From Theionarchaea archaeon (GTDB lineage Archaea; Methanobacteriota_B; Thermococci; Methanofastidiosales; SZ-28-30): a stretch of DNA of 64,000 nt. Below are positions 37,559-48,452 of the stretch, one piece after another. Position numbers and translations under genes: made by a program. The notes under the pieces were generated by a model. That model was not told where the DNA came from. It made no database searches and worked only from the letters and a program-made list of their open reading frames with translations. The stretch spans positions 178-64,177 of the forward strand of contig JACVGW010000003.1 of the NCBI GenBank assembly GCA_018992565.1, written 5' to 3'. Numbering within the stretch: position 1 is the first letter of the stretch; each line of letters begins with the position of its first letter.

Positions 37559-40021
37559 ATGATAAGAAAGAACTTTGTCGGTTGTCTTATTGTTCTCATG
37601 GTTACTGCAGCAGGTATCCCCTCTGCAGGTTGCCAATCCAGCTGGACAGTGATGATCTACATGGATGGGGATAACAACCTGGAATCTGCTGCTATTGATG
37701 ATGTGAATGAACTGGAGGCTACAGGGTCATCCTCAGAGGTGAATATTGTGGTACAGCTCGATCGGATTATTGACTGGGACAGTTCAAATGGCGACTGGAC
37801 CACCACGCGAAGGTACTACATCACCCACGACCCCAATGGATATGATGGTATCATCACCTCAACACTGCTTGCTGACCTCGGTGAGCTCAATATGGGCAAT
37901 CCTACCACTCTGGCCAATTTTGTCACCTGGGCGCGAACCAATTACCCTGCTGATAACTATCTCCTGGTACTGTGGGATCATGGAGACGGCTGGAAAACAC
38001 GGTTGACTCAGATTACTTCAAAGGGGAGAATCACCAGCGTGCAGAAGAGAGAGCCTCTCAAGGGAGTATGTCATGATGATACAGATGGCGATTACTTGAC
38101 CATGCCTGACTTGAGGACAGCACTGGATGCGTGCACAGGCGGAGGAGCGAATCCTCTTGATGTCATCGGGTTTGATGCGTGTTTGATGGCCATGCTGGAA
38201 GTGAATTATGAAGCTATGCCCTACTGCTCCTACATGGTGGGGTCAGAGGAATCTGTACCCTTTGATGGGTGGGACTATCTCACCACCTCGAACTGGCTGG
38301 TCGCCAATTTCAATTGCACGCCTGATCAGCTTGCTTCCCGGATTGTCACAGATTACATGAACTCCTACGGAGTCCTGGGGTTCGAAACCCACTCTGCAGT
38401 GGACCTGTCACTCACCTCGGCTCTTGCATCTGCTGTCAGTACCTTGGCTATTGACCTGACCAACGGACTGCCGGGGTATTTTTCAGAGATTCAGGCTGCC
38501 AGGGATCAGGTGGAGGTTTACATGGACTACGATTTTATTGATTTATACCATTTTGCTCAAGTACTGCAGAATGAAATTGCTGATTCTCACATCCAGAATG
38601 ATACCCAGAACGTGATGAATGCTGTCACTGCTGCCGTGATCCAGGAGGGCCATGGTGCTTCTAATCCCAATTCTCATGGTATCTCCATCTACTTCCCCTA
38701 TGGGTTCTGCAGCTATCTCTCCTCTTATTCAGCGATGACCAGCCTGGCTGCTCAGACAGCATGGGATGAGTTCCTGACAGCGTACTACACCACTGTCCCC
38801 CCACCCATCCACTCGGTGGCTGTCATTGATGATGATAATGGAGGATGCGGGAACCTCACCAATGTTGAATCCTACTACACAGATATCCTGGATGTTCTCA
38901 GCATTCCCTATGATTACTATAATGTTGCAATACATGGGACTCCCAGCCTGAGTTACCTGCAGTCTCATGCTCTGGTGATCTGGTTCACAGGCTCGGATTT
39001 TTCCTCTACCTTGTCCCCAGCAGACGAGAACGTCCTCATACAGTACCTGATAGGAGGAGGGAATCTCTTCTTTTCCAGCCAGGATTATGTATGGGATATC
39101 AAGAACGATGGGCGGTATCCCACCACGTTCCTGAGAACCTACTTGCATACAGTGGATGAAGGAGAAGATACTGGAGTGAACTACCTTACAGGAGAAGATG
39201 GTAATGAGGTAGGAGATGGTTTCTCCTCTATCCCCATGTGCTGGGCTCCTCCAGCTACCTGTGGATTCATGGACTATGCAGATAGGATTGATAAAGATGC
39301 TGCTTCAGAGTATGCTTTCCGCAATGAGGCAGCAGAATATGTGGCCCTGACCTGCTCGGGGACGTATGACGTGGTGTTCTTTGCCTTCAGGTTTGAGGGT
39401 ATTAGCTACGCAGATCGACTGCTCATTATGCAGCGAATCATAGATTTTCTGGGTCCTCTTCCCACGCTGGGCTCTCTTGGTGAGCTGTTCAGCACCAATA
39501 CATACTTGGTTTCAGGAGATACGGCATACCCCACTGATGTTTTGGGAGCCAGCAATATTGCTTTTGCTCTGGGGGTTGCAGGCGCTCTGGAGAATCCAGA
39601 AGGGAGAACTGATCTCACCCTGACTGCCTGGGAACATGCCAACGGCAACTTGATCCCGGTGGGAGGACCTGCGGTCAACCCCATAGCCACTGAGTTCGGT
39701 ACATACTTCGACATTACCTATACCTACCTGCCAGGGGTGAGTTTTGAGATCTCTGCAGATAGCCACTCCATATTCCTGGATCTGACCCACTACCCCCAGG
39801 AGGATATTGCACTGGTGTATGTGGGCCAGGAAAATGGTAGATATGTCCTCTTGGTGTGGGGGTATGGATGGCAGGGCACCTATGCTGCCTCTGTATTCCT
39901 GGAAGATACGACCAACTGGAGCCTGTACCAGGGATCACATATGATCATGGTGAGGTGGAATGACGGCAATTCTGATGGACTGGTCCAGGCTGGGGAAATC
40001 GTGGTGGAAGCACATGCATAA
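37559..40021 (+). CDS. large secreted/lipoprotein clostripain-family (C11) cysteine peptidase with extra C-terminal domains
   Basis: Signal peptide with lipobox-like AGC; motifs WTVMIYMDGDNNLE, LLVLWDHGDGW (catalytic His) and IGFDACLMAMLEV (catalytic Cys) in the order diagnostic of Peptidase_C11. Confidence 0.65.
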   Translation: MIRKNFVGCLIVLMVTAAGIPSAGCQSSWTVMIYMDGDNNLESAAIDDVNELEATGSSSEVNIVVQLDRIIDWDSSNGDWTTTRRYYITHDPNGYDGIITSTLLADLGELNMGNPTTLANFVTWARTNYPADNYLLVLWDHGDGWKTRLTQITSKGRITSVQKREPLKGVCHDDTDGDYLTMPDLRTALDACTGGGANPLDVIGFDACLMAMLEVNYEAMPYCSYMVGSEESVPFDGWDYLTTSNWLVANFNCTPDQLASRIVTDYMNSYGVLGFETHSAVDLSLTSALASAVSTLAIDLTNGLPGYFSEIQAARDQVEVYMDYDFIDLYHFAQVLQNEIADSHIQNDTQNVMNAVTAAVIQEGHGASNPNSHGISIYFPYGFCSYLSSYSAMTSLAAQTAWDEFLTAYYTTVPPPIHSVAVIDDDNGGCGNLTNVESYYTDILDVLSIPYDYYNVAIHGTPSLSYLQSHALVIWFTGSDFSSTLSPADENVLIQYLIGGGNLFFSSQDYVWDIKNDGRYPTTFLRTYLHTVDEGEDTGVNYLTGEDGNEVGDGFSSIPMCWAPPATCGFMDYADRIDKDAASEYAFRNEAAEYVALTCSGTYDVVFFAFRFEGISYADRLLIMQRIIDFLGPLPTLGSLGELFSTNTYLVSGDTAYPTDVLGASNIAFALGVAGALENPEGRTDLTLTAWEHANGNLIPVGGPAVNPIATEFGTYFDITYTYLPGVSFEISADSHSIFLDLTHYPQEDIALVYVGQENGRYVLLVWGYGWQGTYAASVFLEDTTNWSLYQGSHMIMVRWNDGNSDGLVQAGEIVVEAHA

Positions 40022-41045
40022 GAGGCGTGTCGCTTTCGTGGGGCTCTTGCTCCCGCTCCTGGTTGTCGCAACAGGGGTTCCCATCTCCTGCTGCATTTCA
40101 GACCCAACGGTGACAGTGATATACGACGTGAATGTGAACATGGAATTACTGAAACTCCTCAGTAAGGAAGGGTTTTCATACCAACTGGTGGAAGACATTG
40201 TTCCTTCTTTTGGTGCCACTGGCACACGGGAATTCGTCATGTACAGAGCCCACTACGGACTGGCCACCGCCATGGTAGCCTCTGACATGGTGGTTTTGAA
40301 GACTCACGAGGAGAAATATGACTGGGAAACCGGGGTAAAAACAGAACTCCTCTTTCTGCAAACAATTGGAGCTATAGGATACATGGATATAGAGACAATA
40401 TCCCGGGTGGCTTCCTGGGAGACTACCTCAGGCAAGAACCTGTTTCTCATTCCAGACGAGGTAGACACTGTCGTGTTCGGGGATAACCAGTATCCTGCAG
40501 GACAATCAGTGACAACAACCTACCTCTGTATCAAGAACAGGTGGCTTGCTGTGCCAGGAAATGGTCTCGTTTCTGTGGCGGGGAGTGTCCTCACCGTGAC
40601 ATTGCTGCGATGTGGAGGAGAAATCTCAGCAGACACCAGCAAATTGTCGCTCTTTGGTCCCTTCAGAGAAGTCGTCCTTGTGTGCAACTCCATAGATTTC
40701 GAGATGACTGGCAGAGAACTCAGGACTATCCTTACTGAAAAGGGATACAGGGTAAGAAGGATAGACCCTCAGGAATTTATGGTATACCGGTGGTTTTCGC
40801 CGAGAATCATCCTCCTGGGTGGTCATGAATCACCTGAGGGCATGGGAGACATTGTTGCCTCTCTGCTCACTCAGTCTGAGAAACAGATGATTGAGAATAC
40901 AGGCCCATACCTGTTTTCAATTGAGGGTAGAGATTTCAGGAAGCAGTCCATGGTCATCCTCGCTGGAAAAGACAGGGAAGGAACTCATGATATCACAATG
41001 GACAGAATTGATGATATTGTCATGTGGATTGAGGCGTACTCCTAG
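40014..41045 (+). CDS. N-terminally membrane-anchored hypothetical protein, translationally coupled to the C11 peptidase
   Basis: Start moved to MHKRRVAFVGLLLPLLVVATG, overlapping the peptidase stop by 8 nt; single TM then a soluble domain. Confidence 0.4.
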   Translation: MHKRRVAFVGLLLPLLVVATGVPISCCISDPTVTVIYDVNVNMELLKLLSKEGFSYQLVEDIVPSFGATGTREFVMYRAHYGLATAMVASDMVVLKTHEEKYDWETGVKTELLFLQTIGAIGYMDIETISRVASWETTSGKNLFLIPDEVDTVVFGDNQYPAGQSVTTTYLCIKNRWLAVPGNGLVSVAGSVLTVTLLRCGGEISADTSKLSLFGPFREVVLVCNSIDFEMTGRELRTILTEKGYRVRRIDPQEFMVYRWFSPRIILLGGHESPEGMGDIVASLLTQSEKQMIENTGPYLFSIEGRDFRKQSMVILAGKDREGTHDITMDRIDDIVMWIEAYS

Positions 41046-41350
41046 TACATACCATTTTTGAGCGCGGGTAACTCTCTTTCAGCACAGTCTCAAGTCCATA
41101 GCGCGAAATACACTACACTACAGTGAAGTCCAACCTTGCTGACGCCGAGGATTGGCTGATTTCCAGAATATCGCTGGACATATATACGCAGGAAGGATAA
41201 AAACCAATATTCTCAATCAGTATGCCACTCTTTTTCAAAATATTCGCAATTCATGCCCCTCATATTGTGTTATTTACAATTTCTTGCCCATATTACTCAA
41301 AAAGCTTTATAAGCCTGCATGGGCAGAAGAGGAAAAGAGGGAGACTTCTC

Positions 41351-42391
41351 ATGAAGAACCTTCATAGCCTCGTCTACAGCGTAGCAAGAGCCATGTACAG
41401 GCAGGACCCTTACAAGGTAACATATGCTGTGACCTACCAGTGTAACGCGCGGTGTAAAATCTGCAACATCTGGAAGAAATATGTACAGGTGCCACAGAAA
41501 AAAGCAGAAGAATTGACCTTACCTGAGATTGGTGCTATTTTTTCACAGTTTGATCTTTCATGGGTTTCACTCACAGGGGGAGAACCCTTTCTGCGGGATG
41601 ATCTTGTTGACATTGTATCAGCTATTGAAGAGTGTAGCCCTCATCTCAGCCTGTTGACTATTCCCACCAATGGATCCTTGCCTGAGACTGCACGCAGGGC
41701 TACAGAGTCAATTCTGGAAGAAACCCGCATCCAGAATGTTGTCGTCACAGTGAGTGTAGATGGAGATGAACTCCTGCATGACGAACTGAGAGGTGTGCCC
41801 GGCCTGTGGAAAAAGGCTCGTACCTTGTATCACATGCTTTCAAGCATGGAAAATGACAGATTCAGTGTTTTGCTGGAATTCACCGTCTCTAAACACAACG
41901 CAGGCTATCTGGACAGAGCTATCCGCTCCTTTGGCGCAGACTACTCACAGGTGGTGATCACGGCTGCCCATTCGTCCTACTTCTACCGAACCGAACTTCA
42001 CCATCTTCACAACTCGAGTTCTGCTCAGCAGGTGAGTCAGTTCAATGCTTCATGCCCACGATATGATCCTCGGAGCATTCTTTCTTTTCTCTATACCCGA
42101 TTACTTGAAAAATATCTGAAGGGGACTCCTGTTCCTCTTCACTGTGTCTCTGGACGTTCATCTTTCTTTTTGGATCCATATGGGGTCTTATATCCCTGCA
42201 TAACCATGGAAACACCTTTTGGCAGTCTCCGTGAGGATTCCTTACACAATCTCCTGAAGGGAGAACGCGCATCTGCTATTATCCACCGCATAAGGGATCA
42301 CAAATGTCCTGGATGCTGGACACCCTGTGAAGCATACCAGACAATAGTGGAGAACTTGCCCCGTGCAGTCATCGCAGCCTGCACCAGATAG
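41351..42391 (+). CDS. radical SAM enzyme with a SPASM/twitch-like Cys-rich C-terminus
   Basis: CxxxCxxC (YQCNARCKICNIW) near the N-terminus; C-terminal Cys cluster YPCI...CPGCWTPCEAY; start taken at MKNLHS; TATA-like AAAAGCTTTATAAG about 40 nt upstream. Confidence 0.65.
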   Translation: MKNLHSLVYSVARAMYRQDPYKVTYAVTYQCNARCKICNIWKKYVQVPQKKAEELTLPEIGAIFSQFDLSWVSLTGGEPFLRDDLVDIVSAIEECSPHLSLLTIPTNGSLPETARRATESILEETRIQNVVVTVSVDGDELLHDELRGVPGLWKKARTLYHMLSSMENDRFSVLLEFTVSKHNAGYLDRAIRSFGADYSQVVITAAHSSYFYRTELHHLHNSSSAQQVSQFNASCPRYDPRSILSFLYTRLLEKYLKGTPVPLHCVSGRSSFFLDPYGVLYPCITMETPFGSLREDSLHNLLKGERASAIIHRIRDHKCPGCWTPCEAYQTIVENLPRAVIAACTR

Positions 42392-42468
42392 AATGGTTCT
42401 TTGTTCTGGCAATGTACCTCACCATCTGCGGAGAGAACATATTTAAGCAATAGAATTGTTTCCATCAA

Positions 42469-42873
42469 ATGCTGAAAGGAATGCCTGCCCAGTTTATAAA
42501 ATTCTGCCTGGTAGGGAGCACCGGAGCTCTGATCCATCTGGGATTGCTCTATTTCCTCACTGAGTTCTGCAACGTGTGGTATATCCTCTCGGCCGCCCTC
42601 GGGTTCACTGCCGCTGTTTTGAACAATTTTGTGTGGAACAGAGTGTGGACCTTCAAGAGCAAGAGCCCCCGCATTCCCCAACAGCTCTTCCTGTTCTTCA
42701 TCGTAAACATTATTTCTCTCTGCATCAACCTATCCGTGCTGTTCCTGTTGACTGAATATGCAGGCATATGGTATGTAAAAGCACAGATCATAGCTATTCT
42801 TGTGGCAGTGAGTAACAACTTTCTCGGAAACAGGAGGTTCACCTTCTCGATGCTTATTCTCATCTCCTGGTAG
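42469..42873 (+). CDS. GtrA-family membrane protein
   Basis: Four TM helices with the GtrA signature FIKFCLVGSTGALIHLGLLYFL...NNFVWNRVWTFK. Confidence 0.65.
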   Translation: MLKGMPAQFIKFCLVGSTGALIHLGLLYFLTEFCNVWYILSAALGFTAAVLNNFVWNRVWTFKSKSPRIPQQLFLFFIVNIISLCINLSVLFLLTEYAGIWYVKAQIIAILVAVSNNFLGNRRFTFSMLILISW

Positions 42874-42973
42874 TCTTCTCAACTCCGATAACCTCGCCTC
42901 ATGCATGATCCATGCCCTCTGCCACCTGCTTACCAAACCTTAAAAGGGGAACTGCGTCTGTGTACCTGGTGAT

Positions 42974-43702
42974 TTGTTGGATGTTCCACGCTTCAAAATC
43001 GAGGACGTAGAGCTGCCCATTATGACATGCGGATCGGCTCCTTTCATAGGACTCGGATACTTCGGATTTTCAGCTTTCAACTACAGAGTGAAATTCTACA
43101 ATCATCCAGATAACATGGCAGACATATTTACCCACTTTGTCAGGCAGGGATGCAAGAGTGCACATGTGCTGTGTTACGACAATATCATGAAGGCAATCAG
43201 GATGGCTTATGAAGTGGAGAAGTTTCCCATCATGGCATCTCTGGTTTCCGCAAAATCCATTGCTTCGCAACTGAAAGCCCTCTCTCGCCTGGAGACAGTC
43301 CTGGTCTTTGTGGACCCTTTGCAGAGCGATGCCCTCAACGTGTCCACCCTTCAGAAAACCATCAAATCCATACGAGATGCAGGAATGGTACCGGGCCTGG
43401 CCACATACATACCTGGCAGCACCATCCCTGCAGTTGAAGATATTGGACTGGACATTGCTGCATATTTAGTTCCTGTGAATAAGCAGGGAAAATACATGCA
43501 GCCCACAAAAGAAAAGACACTTGCTGCCATAGCCAGCACAGACAAGAAAATCGTAGCGATGAAACCCCTGGCCATAGGGAAGATATCGCCCCGAGAAGGG
43601 TTCCCCTTCGTTCTGGAACACTGCCATGGATTCTGTGTGGGATTCACCAGCAAAGAACAGGTTGATGAGGCCTATCACGTTCTCAGTGAGATTACCCCCT
43701 AG
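42974..43702 (+). CDS. hypothetical protein
   Basis: 242-aa ORF with no recognisable motif. Confidence 0.35.
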   Translation: MLDVPRFKIEDVELPIMTCGSAPFIGLGYFGFSAFNYRVKFYNHPDNMADIFTHFVRQGCKSAHVLCYDNIMKAIRMAYEVEKFPIMASLVSAKSIASQLKALSRLETVLVFVDPLQSDALNVSTLQKTIKSIRDAGMVPGLATYIPGSTIPAVEDIGLDIAAYLVPVNKQGKYMQPTKEKTLAAIASTDKKIVAMKPLAIGKISPREGFPFVLEHCHGFCVGFTSKEQVDEAYHVLSEITP

Positions 43703-43735
43703 TTCTGGAGCATAAGAGAGGATCAATTGTCCAGA

Positions 43736-44716
43736 CTAGGACTGAGATGTGAGGAATGCATCAATGAGCGGTGTGCAGTCCAGAGCCTGTTCAGGATAGT
43801 CTCTGGTGAAGGTCTTGGAGGGAACAGTGTTTGTCACCAGCAGGTCCTTTCCCAGAATATCCACAAGTCGTCTCAAGTTATCCTCCCCAGTTATGAGAGG
43901 AAGTGCATGAGTTGCAGCAAAGGCGAATTGCGTGGCACCCTTTTCAAGGGTATGCTCCCTGGTTTTCAGCAGCGTGCCCCCGGTAAGAATAAGATCATCC
44001 ACAAAAGTAAGGCTCTTTCCTTCTACAGGGAAATCACCCATGAGTGTACTCTCTACTGAGCTGGTTCTCTTCTTCCCAAATCCGTCCAGTCCCAGTCGGA
44101 CCTGTGCTCCTTCATCAGGAGCGACAAGTTCTGACCCGGGAAATCTCTTCTTGATTTCCTCAAGCAGGTATGGTACCATGGACAGGTCAATAATTCTTCC
44201 ACTGGCTCTCAACGTAGTGAACCACTCCACATTCCAGGGGTGAGGATCAATTATACCCACTCGGGAAACGTAGTGCAGAAACACCTCAAGAGCACTTCGT
44301 GCTGAATTACATTCCCCTGTCCTCACTGCATGATCCTGCTTTCCCGAAGGCATACACGTGAGAAGGAGAAGTATCTCCCGGGGATTCTCAAGGGGAGAAT
44401 GTCTGTATTCCTTGTGGCCCACTTCCTCCACTGAATAGAGGTTTCTGAGCAGGTGCAGGATCTGGATTACCTCGAAAATTCTGTCCTGAGTGGTGAATTT
44501 TTCCTGTTCTAATTCGCCTGAATAGTTGCCTGACTGGATAACACACACCTTTTTCCCCTGAAGCTTTTCAATTTCCTCTATGCGCGTGTATAAGTCCCCA
44601 TTGTAAAAGAACCGTCTTCCATCGTAGTTCAGTCCTGAAGTGAATACCTGATACCCTCTCTTTTCAAGTGGCTCTTTCAGATGTTCAGCGCCAGAAGCCA
44701 GAATGAGGTTCCACAT
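43736..44716 (-). CDS. ribose-phosphate pyrophosphokinase-like phosphoribosyltransferase
   Basis: PRTase motif VDDLILTGGTL and upstream LVAPDEGAQVRLGLDGFGKKR resemble PRPP synthetase C-terminal-domain motifs. Confidence 0.45.
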   Translation of the reverse strand: MWNLILASGAEHLKEPLEKRGYQVFTSGLNYDGRRFFYNGDLYTRIEEIEKLQGKKVCVIQSGNYSGELEQEKFTTQDRIFEVIQILHLLRNLYSVEEVGHKEYRHSPLENPREILLLLTCMPSGKQDHAVRTGECNSARSALEVFLHYVSRVGIIDPHPWNVEWFTTLRASGRIIDLSMVPYLLEEIKKRFPGSELVAPDEGAQVRLGLDGFGKKRTSSVESTLMGDFPVEGKSLTFVDDLILTGGTLLKTREHTLEKGATQFAFAATHALPLITGEDNLRRLVDILGKDLLVTNTVPSKTFTRDYPEQALDCTPLIDAFLTSQS

Positions 44717-44720
44717 GTCC

Positions 44721-46682
44721 TCACCTCCTGAGTTCTACCAGGCCATGCTCTTCCAGGAATCCAAAATACCATTTCAGAAACTCAAGTGAGCTCTGCCCTA
44801 TCTCATAGGTGAGCAGTCTGTTTATTTCTGAGAGTGTCCTCTCACCATCACTCCAGTACACAGCCAGAGTTTCCAGAAGCCGGGACGCTTTGACACCTTC
44901 TTGTTTCTTCTCGAAAGCTCTCCGCTGTTCAAAAGACATGTCCAGAAGGACCTTTCGTGTTGAGATTGGCCCAGGATAGACTCTCACAGGTACCCAGGTG
45001 CATTCCTCCTGGTTCTCCTTTTCAGGGGCGCTCTCATACTGCTTCACTCTCTCTTTTTCTGCAGACACCACCTGCTTCAGCTCGTTCTCAAGGGGTTCTG
45101 TATCAATTTCTGCCAGCGTTTTGACAGAACGAATAGCATGGATTTCTCGATCCAGGAGATAGTCAAGCTGCCCCACATAGTCCCAGGTCGCATCTCGTTC
45201 TTTTTCTCCTTCTATTCCTCTTCCTTTTCCATCTTTTTGCTTTTTCTTATCAGTCCCATGCTTCTTGAGTTCTTCATCAGCCAGAATGGTGACAATCTCC
45301 CGTCCTTTTCGTATGATTCGTTCCTTTGCCTTTTCCATGACGATGAAAGCCAGCCATTGTGCTTCCTCTTCTCCTGCTGCAGCTATGAAATATGCATAGG
45401 TAGCTGTGAGAATACTGACTCTCTTCATTGAAGCAGGATCAATCTTGTCTATGGTATCCAGTGACGAATGATAGAACATGTCGGGCCACTGAATAATCAT
45501 GGGGCAGGGAACTCCCACTGTTGGATCCGACAATACCAGGTGATCACTCCCACCAGAAAAGGGTGTGACTGCATGTCTGAATGTGGCATACTTGGTACTG
45601 CCAGAGAAATTACCGATCTCATGGGTGAGCTTCTCAAATATGACTTCAGCCAGGTCATTCACAAAAGAAGGCATAGCATGAGGAGTCCTCTCCAGCAGCA
45701 GGGTGGAGTTGCACACCTCCTGGGTTTCCCCCACCATGTCCAGGTTAAGCGCTGCCACCATCCCGGGCAGGTCCTTCTCATGGGAGGCAAGGTACGCCAC
45801 TGTCCCGTGAATTTCAGGAACCAGAAGAAATCGGATGCTTCTCCTGGGGTTCTTCAGCTTGTTCTCGTCAATGAGATGCTTCAATGCCCTGGCAACCTCC
45901 ATGAGTGCCCCATCTCCAGAAGCATTGTCATTGGCACTGGGCTGAGGATGGCATAAATGAGCAACCACCAGGACCTCCTCATCTGACTCGCCGGGAATCA
46001 CTGCATCCACCACTTCCATTGCTCCCGGGTACAGTGAAGACTCAATCGTCATTCTCCCTTTCACGCTCTTGGTTTCTCTTACCATTTTTCTCAGGGCTTC
46101 TCCTTTTCGAGGTGAAAGTACAAACCCTGACGCTTTCTCTCCCCAGAAAGAGAAATAATGAACAGCATCAGGAACATCAATCCGGGTTCTCTCACTGATT
46201 TCCCGTATTCCAGAGGTTAGTATCCCTGCAGCCCCATAGTGCAGAGCCAAATCTTTGATCTTTTCCAAAGACAATGGGGAATGAATGATTTTTCCTTTAA
46301 TATTTTGGAAATCTTTTTCATCATCGCCGTCAATATGGACTATTTCCGCTTCAACAGCCACAGGATGGCTTCTCTGTATCAAAGAGACTTTTTCATCTCT
46401 GAAATCTGCCCATATTTTCCCTTCAATCTCCAGGACAGCAGAGTCAACCTTCCACTCGTCAGGAAGCAGGTATGACCAGTACATGGTCCTGCCATCAGCG
46501 GGAAACTCGCACACGTGGCAGTCGAGACCCCACTCTTTGAGTTGGTTGCAGCACCACAATGCAGCCTCTCTAAAATGGGGTGAAACCTGTATTCGGTGAA
46601 ATCTGGTAACCTCATGAGCCAGATTTTTTGCGTTCTGGCCTGATATCTCTTTTTCTACTGCGTGAAAGATGTAGTCAAACAT
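44721..46682 (-). CDS. M28-like zinc peptidase / aminopeptidase-like protein (DUF4910-type) with a C-terminal winged helix
   Basis: M28-style metal-ligand context VVAHLCHPQPSANDNASGDGALMEVARAL; N-terminus FHRIQVSPHFREAALWCCNQLKEWGL typical of DUF4910 proteins; C-terminal HTH-like tail. Confidence 0.45.
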   Translation of the reverse strand: MFDYIFHAVEKEISGQNAKNLAHEVTRFHRIQVSPHFREAALWCCNQLKEWGLDCHVCEFPADGRTMYWSYLLPDEWKVDSAVLEIEGKIWADFRDEKVSLIQRSHPVAVEAEIVHIDGDDEKDFQNIKGKIIHSPLSLEKIKDLALHYGAAGILTSGIREISERTRIDVPDAVHYFSFWGEKASGFVLSPRKGEALRKMVRETKSVKGRMTIESSLYPGAMEVVDAVIPGESDEEVLVVAHLCHPQPSANDNASGDGALMEVARALKHLIDENKLKNPRRSIRFLLVPEIHGTVAYLASHEKDLPGMVAALNLDMVGETQEVCNSTLLLERTPHAMPSFVNDLAEVIFEKLTHEIGNFSGSTKYATFRHAVTPFSGGSDHLVLSDPTVGVPCPMIIQWPDMFYHSSLDTIDKIDPASMKRVSILTATYAYFIAAAGEEEAQWLAFIVMEKAKERIIRKGREIVTILADEELKKHGTDKKKQKDGKGRGIEGEKERDATWDYVGQLDYLLDREIHAIRSVKTLAEIDTEPLENELKQVVSAEKERVKQYESAPEKENQEECTWVPVRVYPGPISTRKVLLDMSFEQRRAFEKKQEGVKASRLLETLAVYWSDGERTLSEINRLLTYEIGQSSLEFLKWYFGFLEEHGLVELRR

Positions 46683-46735
46683 GGACTGAGATGAGGACTA
46701 CGGCTTATAATTGTTATGGTTTAGAGGTCTGAAAA

Positions 46736-48094
46736 TCATCCTGCCACTTCGATTTCCTCAAAGGCGAGCTGCTCATACCGCTCCATGACTCTCTCATAAA
46801 ATCCCGGCAGAAACGTTCTTCCATCCTTTGCTGGACATCTGTTGTTGATAAGGTTGTGAGGGTTTCTGATTCCCCGCATTCGATTCGGTGATTCCTCCCA
46901 TATTGCCCTGAGAGGTGTCTCCAGCACATTGCCATAGACAGTCTCTTCATCGAATCGTCCTGGACATACCTGCACAATACCATTGGCTCTGATGTACAGA
47001 CCTACTGCAGCCTGGTTACATGGAGTACACCCCACATATGCTGCAATACCTTCTGTCTGGATTTCCTCGTGAGTCTGCACCCCTTTTTTCACATTGTACA
47101 CGTAAATCCTGGCGTATAACTCAACTAACCGGCTTTGCCATTCTTCTGCAGTCAACACTCTTTTCTGTCTCTCCAGCTGGCTGCATCCCTTTCCGCTGAC
47201 CATTGAAGGTGTCATAAAGATAGGAGTCCCCCGTTCCACAAAGAAGGCATAAATATGGAAAGATTCCTCAAGGTTTTCAGGGACGATAGGAGCATTAATC
47301 ATGCACAACCTGTCGGTCACACTATTCCTGTAGAAAGCAGATTCAAACAAATATTCCAGAGCTCTGTCTCTCAAAAGGGAATATTCCTGCAACCCTTTGA
47401 TATCCCCGTTTTCACTAACGGTGGTCACTAGACTATTCTGTCTTACATGGTCAAATGACTGGAAGGAAAACAGGAGCGACACTCCTTGATTTCCGGCAAG
47501 TTCATCTACCAGTGCCTCTGCGTCCATTCCCTGGTACTTCTGCGCCAGTTCATCACTCCCCAGAATGGCACCTTTGGTAAAAATGCAGAAATGGACTTTT
47601 CTCTCCGAATACATGTCGATGATTTCGAACAACTGTGGGTTCATCAGCAGCTCACCCGGGCCCAGGAACTTCACATATTCGAAATCATGACCTTCTGAAT
47701 CTGCTATCTCCCTGGCCTGGTCAATCACTCCAAAAGTCTCTTTGAGAGTCATCATTCGGTTAATTCTCTGCGTTCCTGATCCATCGAGTGCTGCTTTTCC
47801 ATCGAACCCCACTTTGTACTGGGAATAGACTGCACTCTCCTCATTGAAACAAAAAGGGCAGTTATGCAGACACAGTGCTCTTCTGTACAGAGAGGCCACA
47901 CATTCAGTCTCCTGTGGATCGTTGTGCCGTGCCACCACATCTTCTGGAATGTGTTCCAGATCCAGCATATAGAGCCCGGGAACTGCATCTGTCGTGTACA
48001 GTCCTTTTGCCGTATTTTTCCATCCATGCCTTACCTTTCCTGGAAAAACTGCCGGGAATCTCTTTTCCAGCATTTCCTTTGACATACACATCAC
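46736..48094 (-). CDS. radical SAM enzyme with a Cys-rich SPASM/twitch-like C-terminal region
   Basis: CxxxCxxC (ALCLHNCPFCFNE) and C-terminal CTPCNQAAVG...VCPGRF cluster. Confidence 0.6.
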   Translation of the reverse strand: MMCMSKEMLEKRFPAVFPGKVRHGWKNTAKGLYTTDAVPGLYMLDLEHIPEDVVARHNDPQETECVASLYRRALCLHNCPFCFNEESAVYSQYKVGFDGKAALDGSGTQRINRMMTLKETFGVIDQAREIADSEGHDFEYVKFLGPGELLMNPQLFEIIDMYSERKVHFCIFTKGAILGSDELAQKYQGMDAEALVDELAGNQGVSLLFSFQSFDHVRQNSLVTTVSENGDIKGLQEYSLLRDRALEYLFESAFYRNSVTDRLCMINAPIVPENLEESFHIYAFFVERGTPIFMTPSMVSGKGCSQLERQKRVLTAEEWQSRLVELYARIYVYNVKKGVQTHEEIQTEGIAAYVGCTPCNQAAVGLYIRANGIVQVCPGRFDEETVYGNVLETPLRAIWEESPNRMRGIRNPHNLINNRCPAKDGRTFLPGFYERVMERYEQLAFEEIEVAG

Positions 48095-48452
48095 ACTCCT
48101 TCTTTCGGTTTGAAGCAGTTTCTTAATGTATGCTATGGTTACTATATAAATCTTACTATTTCTACGTCAATGATGAATAACCTTAATAAAAAGGTAATAT
48201 ATCCTTTTTCAATCTCACTTTTTCACACAATAAGGTTGCATCCATTAATTCACAAAGAGGAGAAAAGAGAAAAAAGTCAGAAGAGCAGTGCGAAGAGACG
48301 CCAAGGCACTTCGGTCTCGATTCTATCCAATATAACAATGGGCAGTATGCAAAGACTATCGCACAGCTACGAAAGGCTCACAAATCCCTGGAGTCTTGAA
48401 AATCTGTGCTTCTTGGGAAGCAGAGGTCCATCTGATCTGGAGGTATCCTGTT

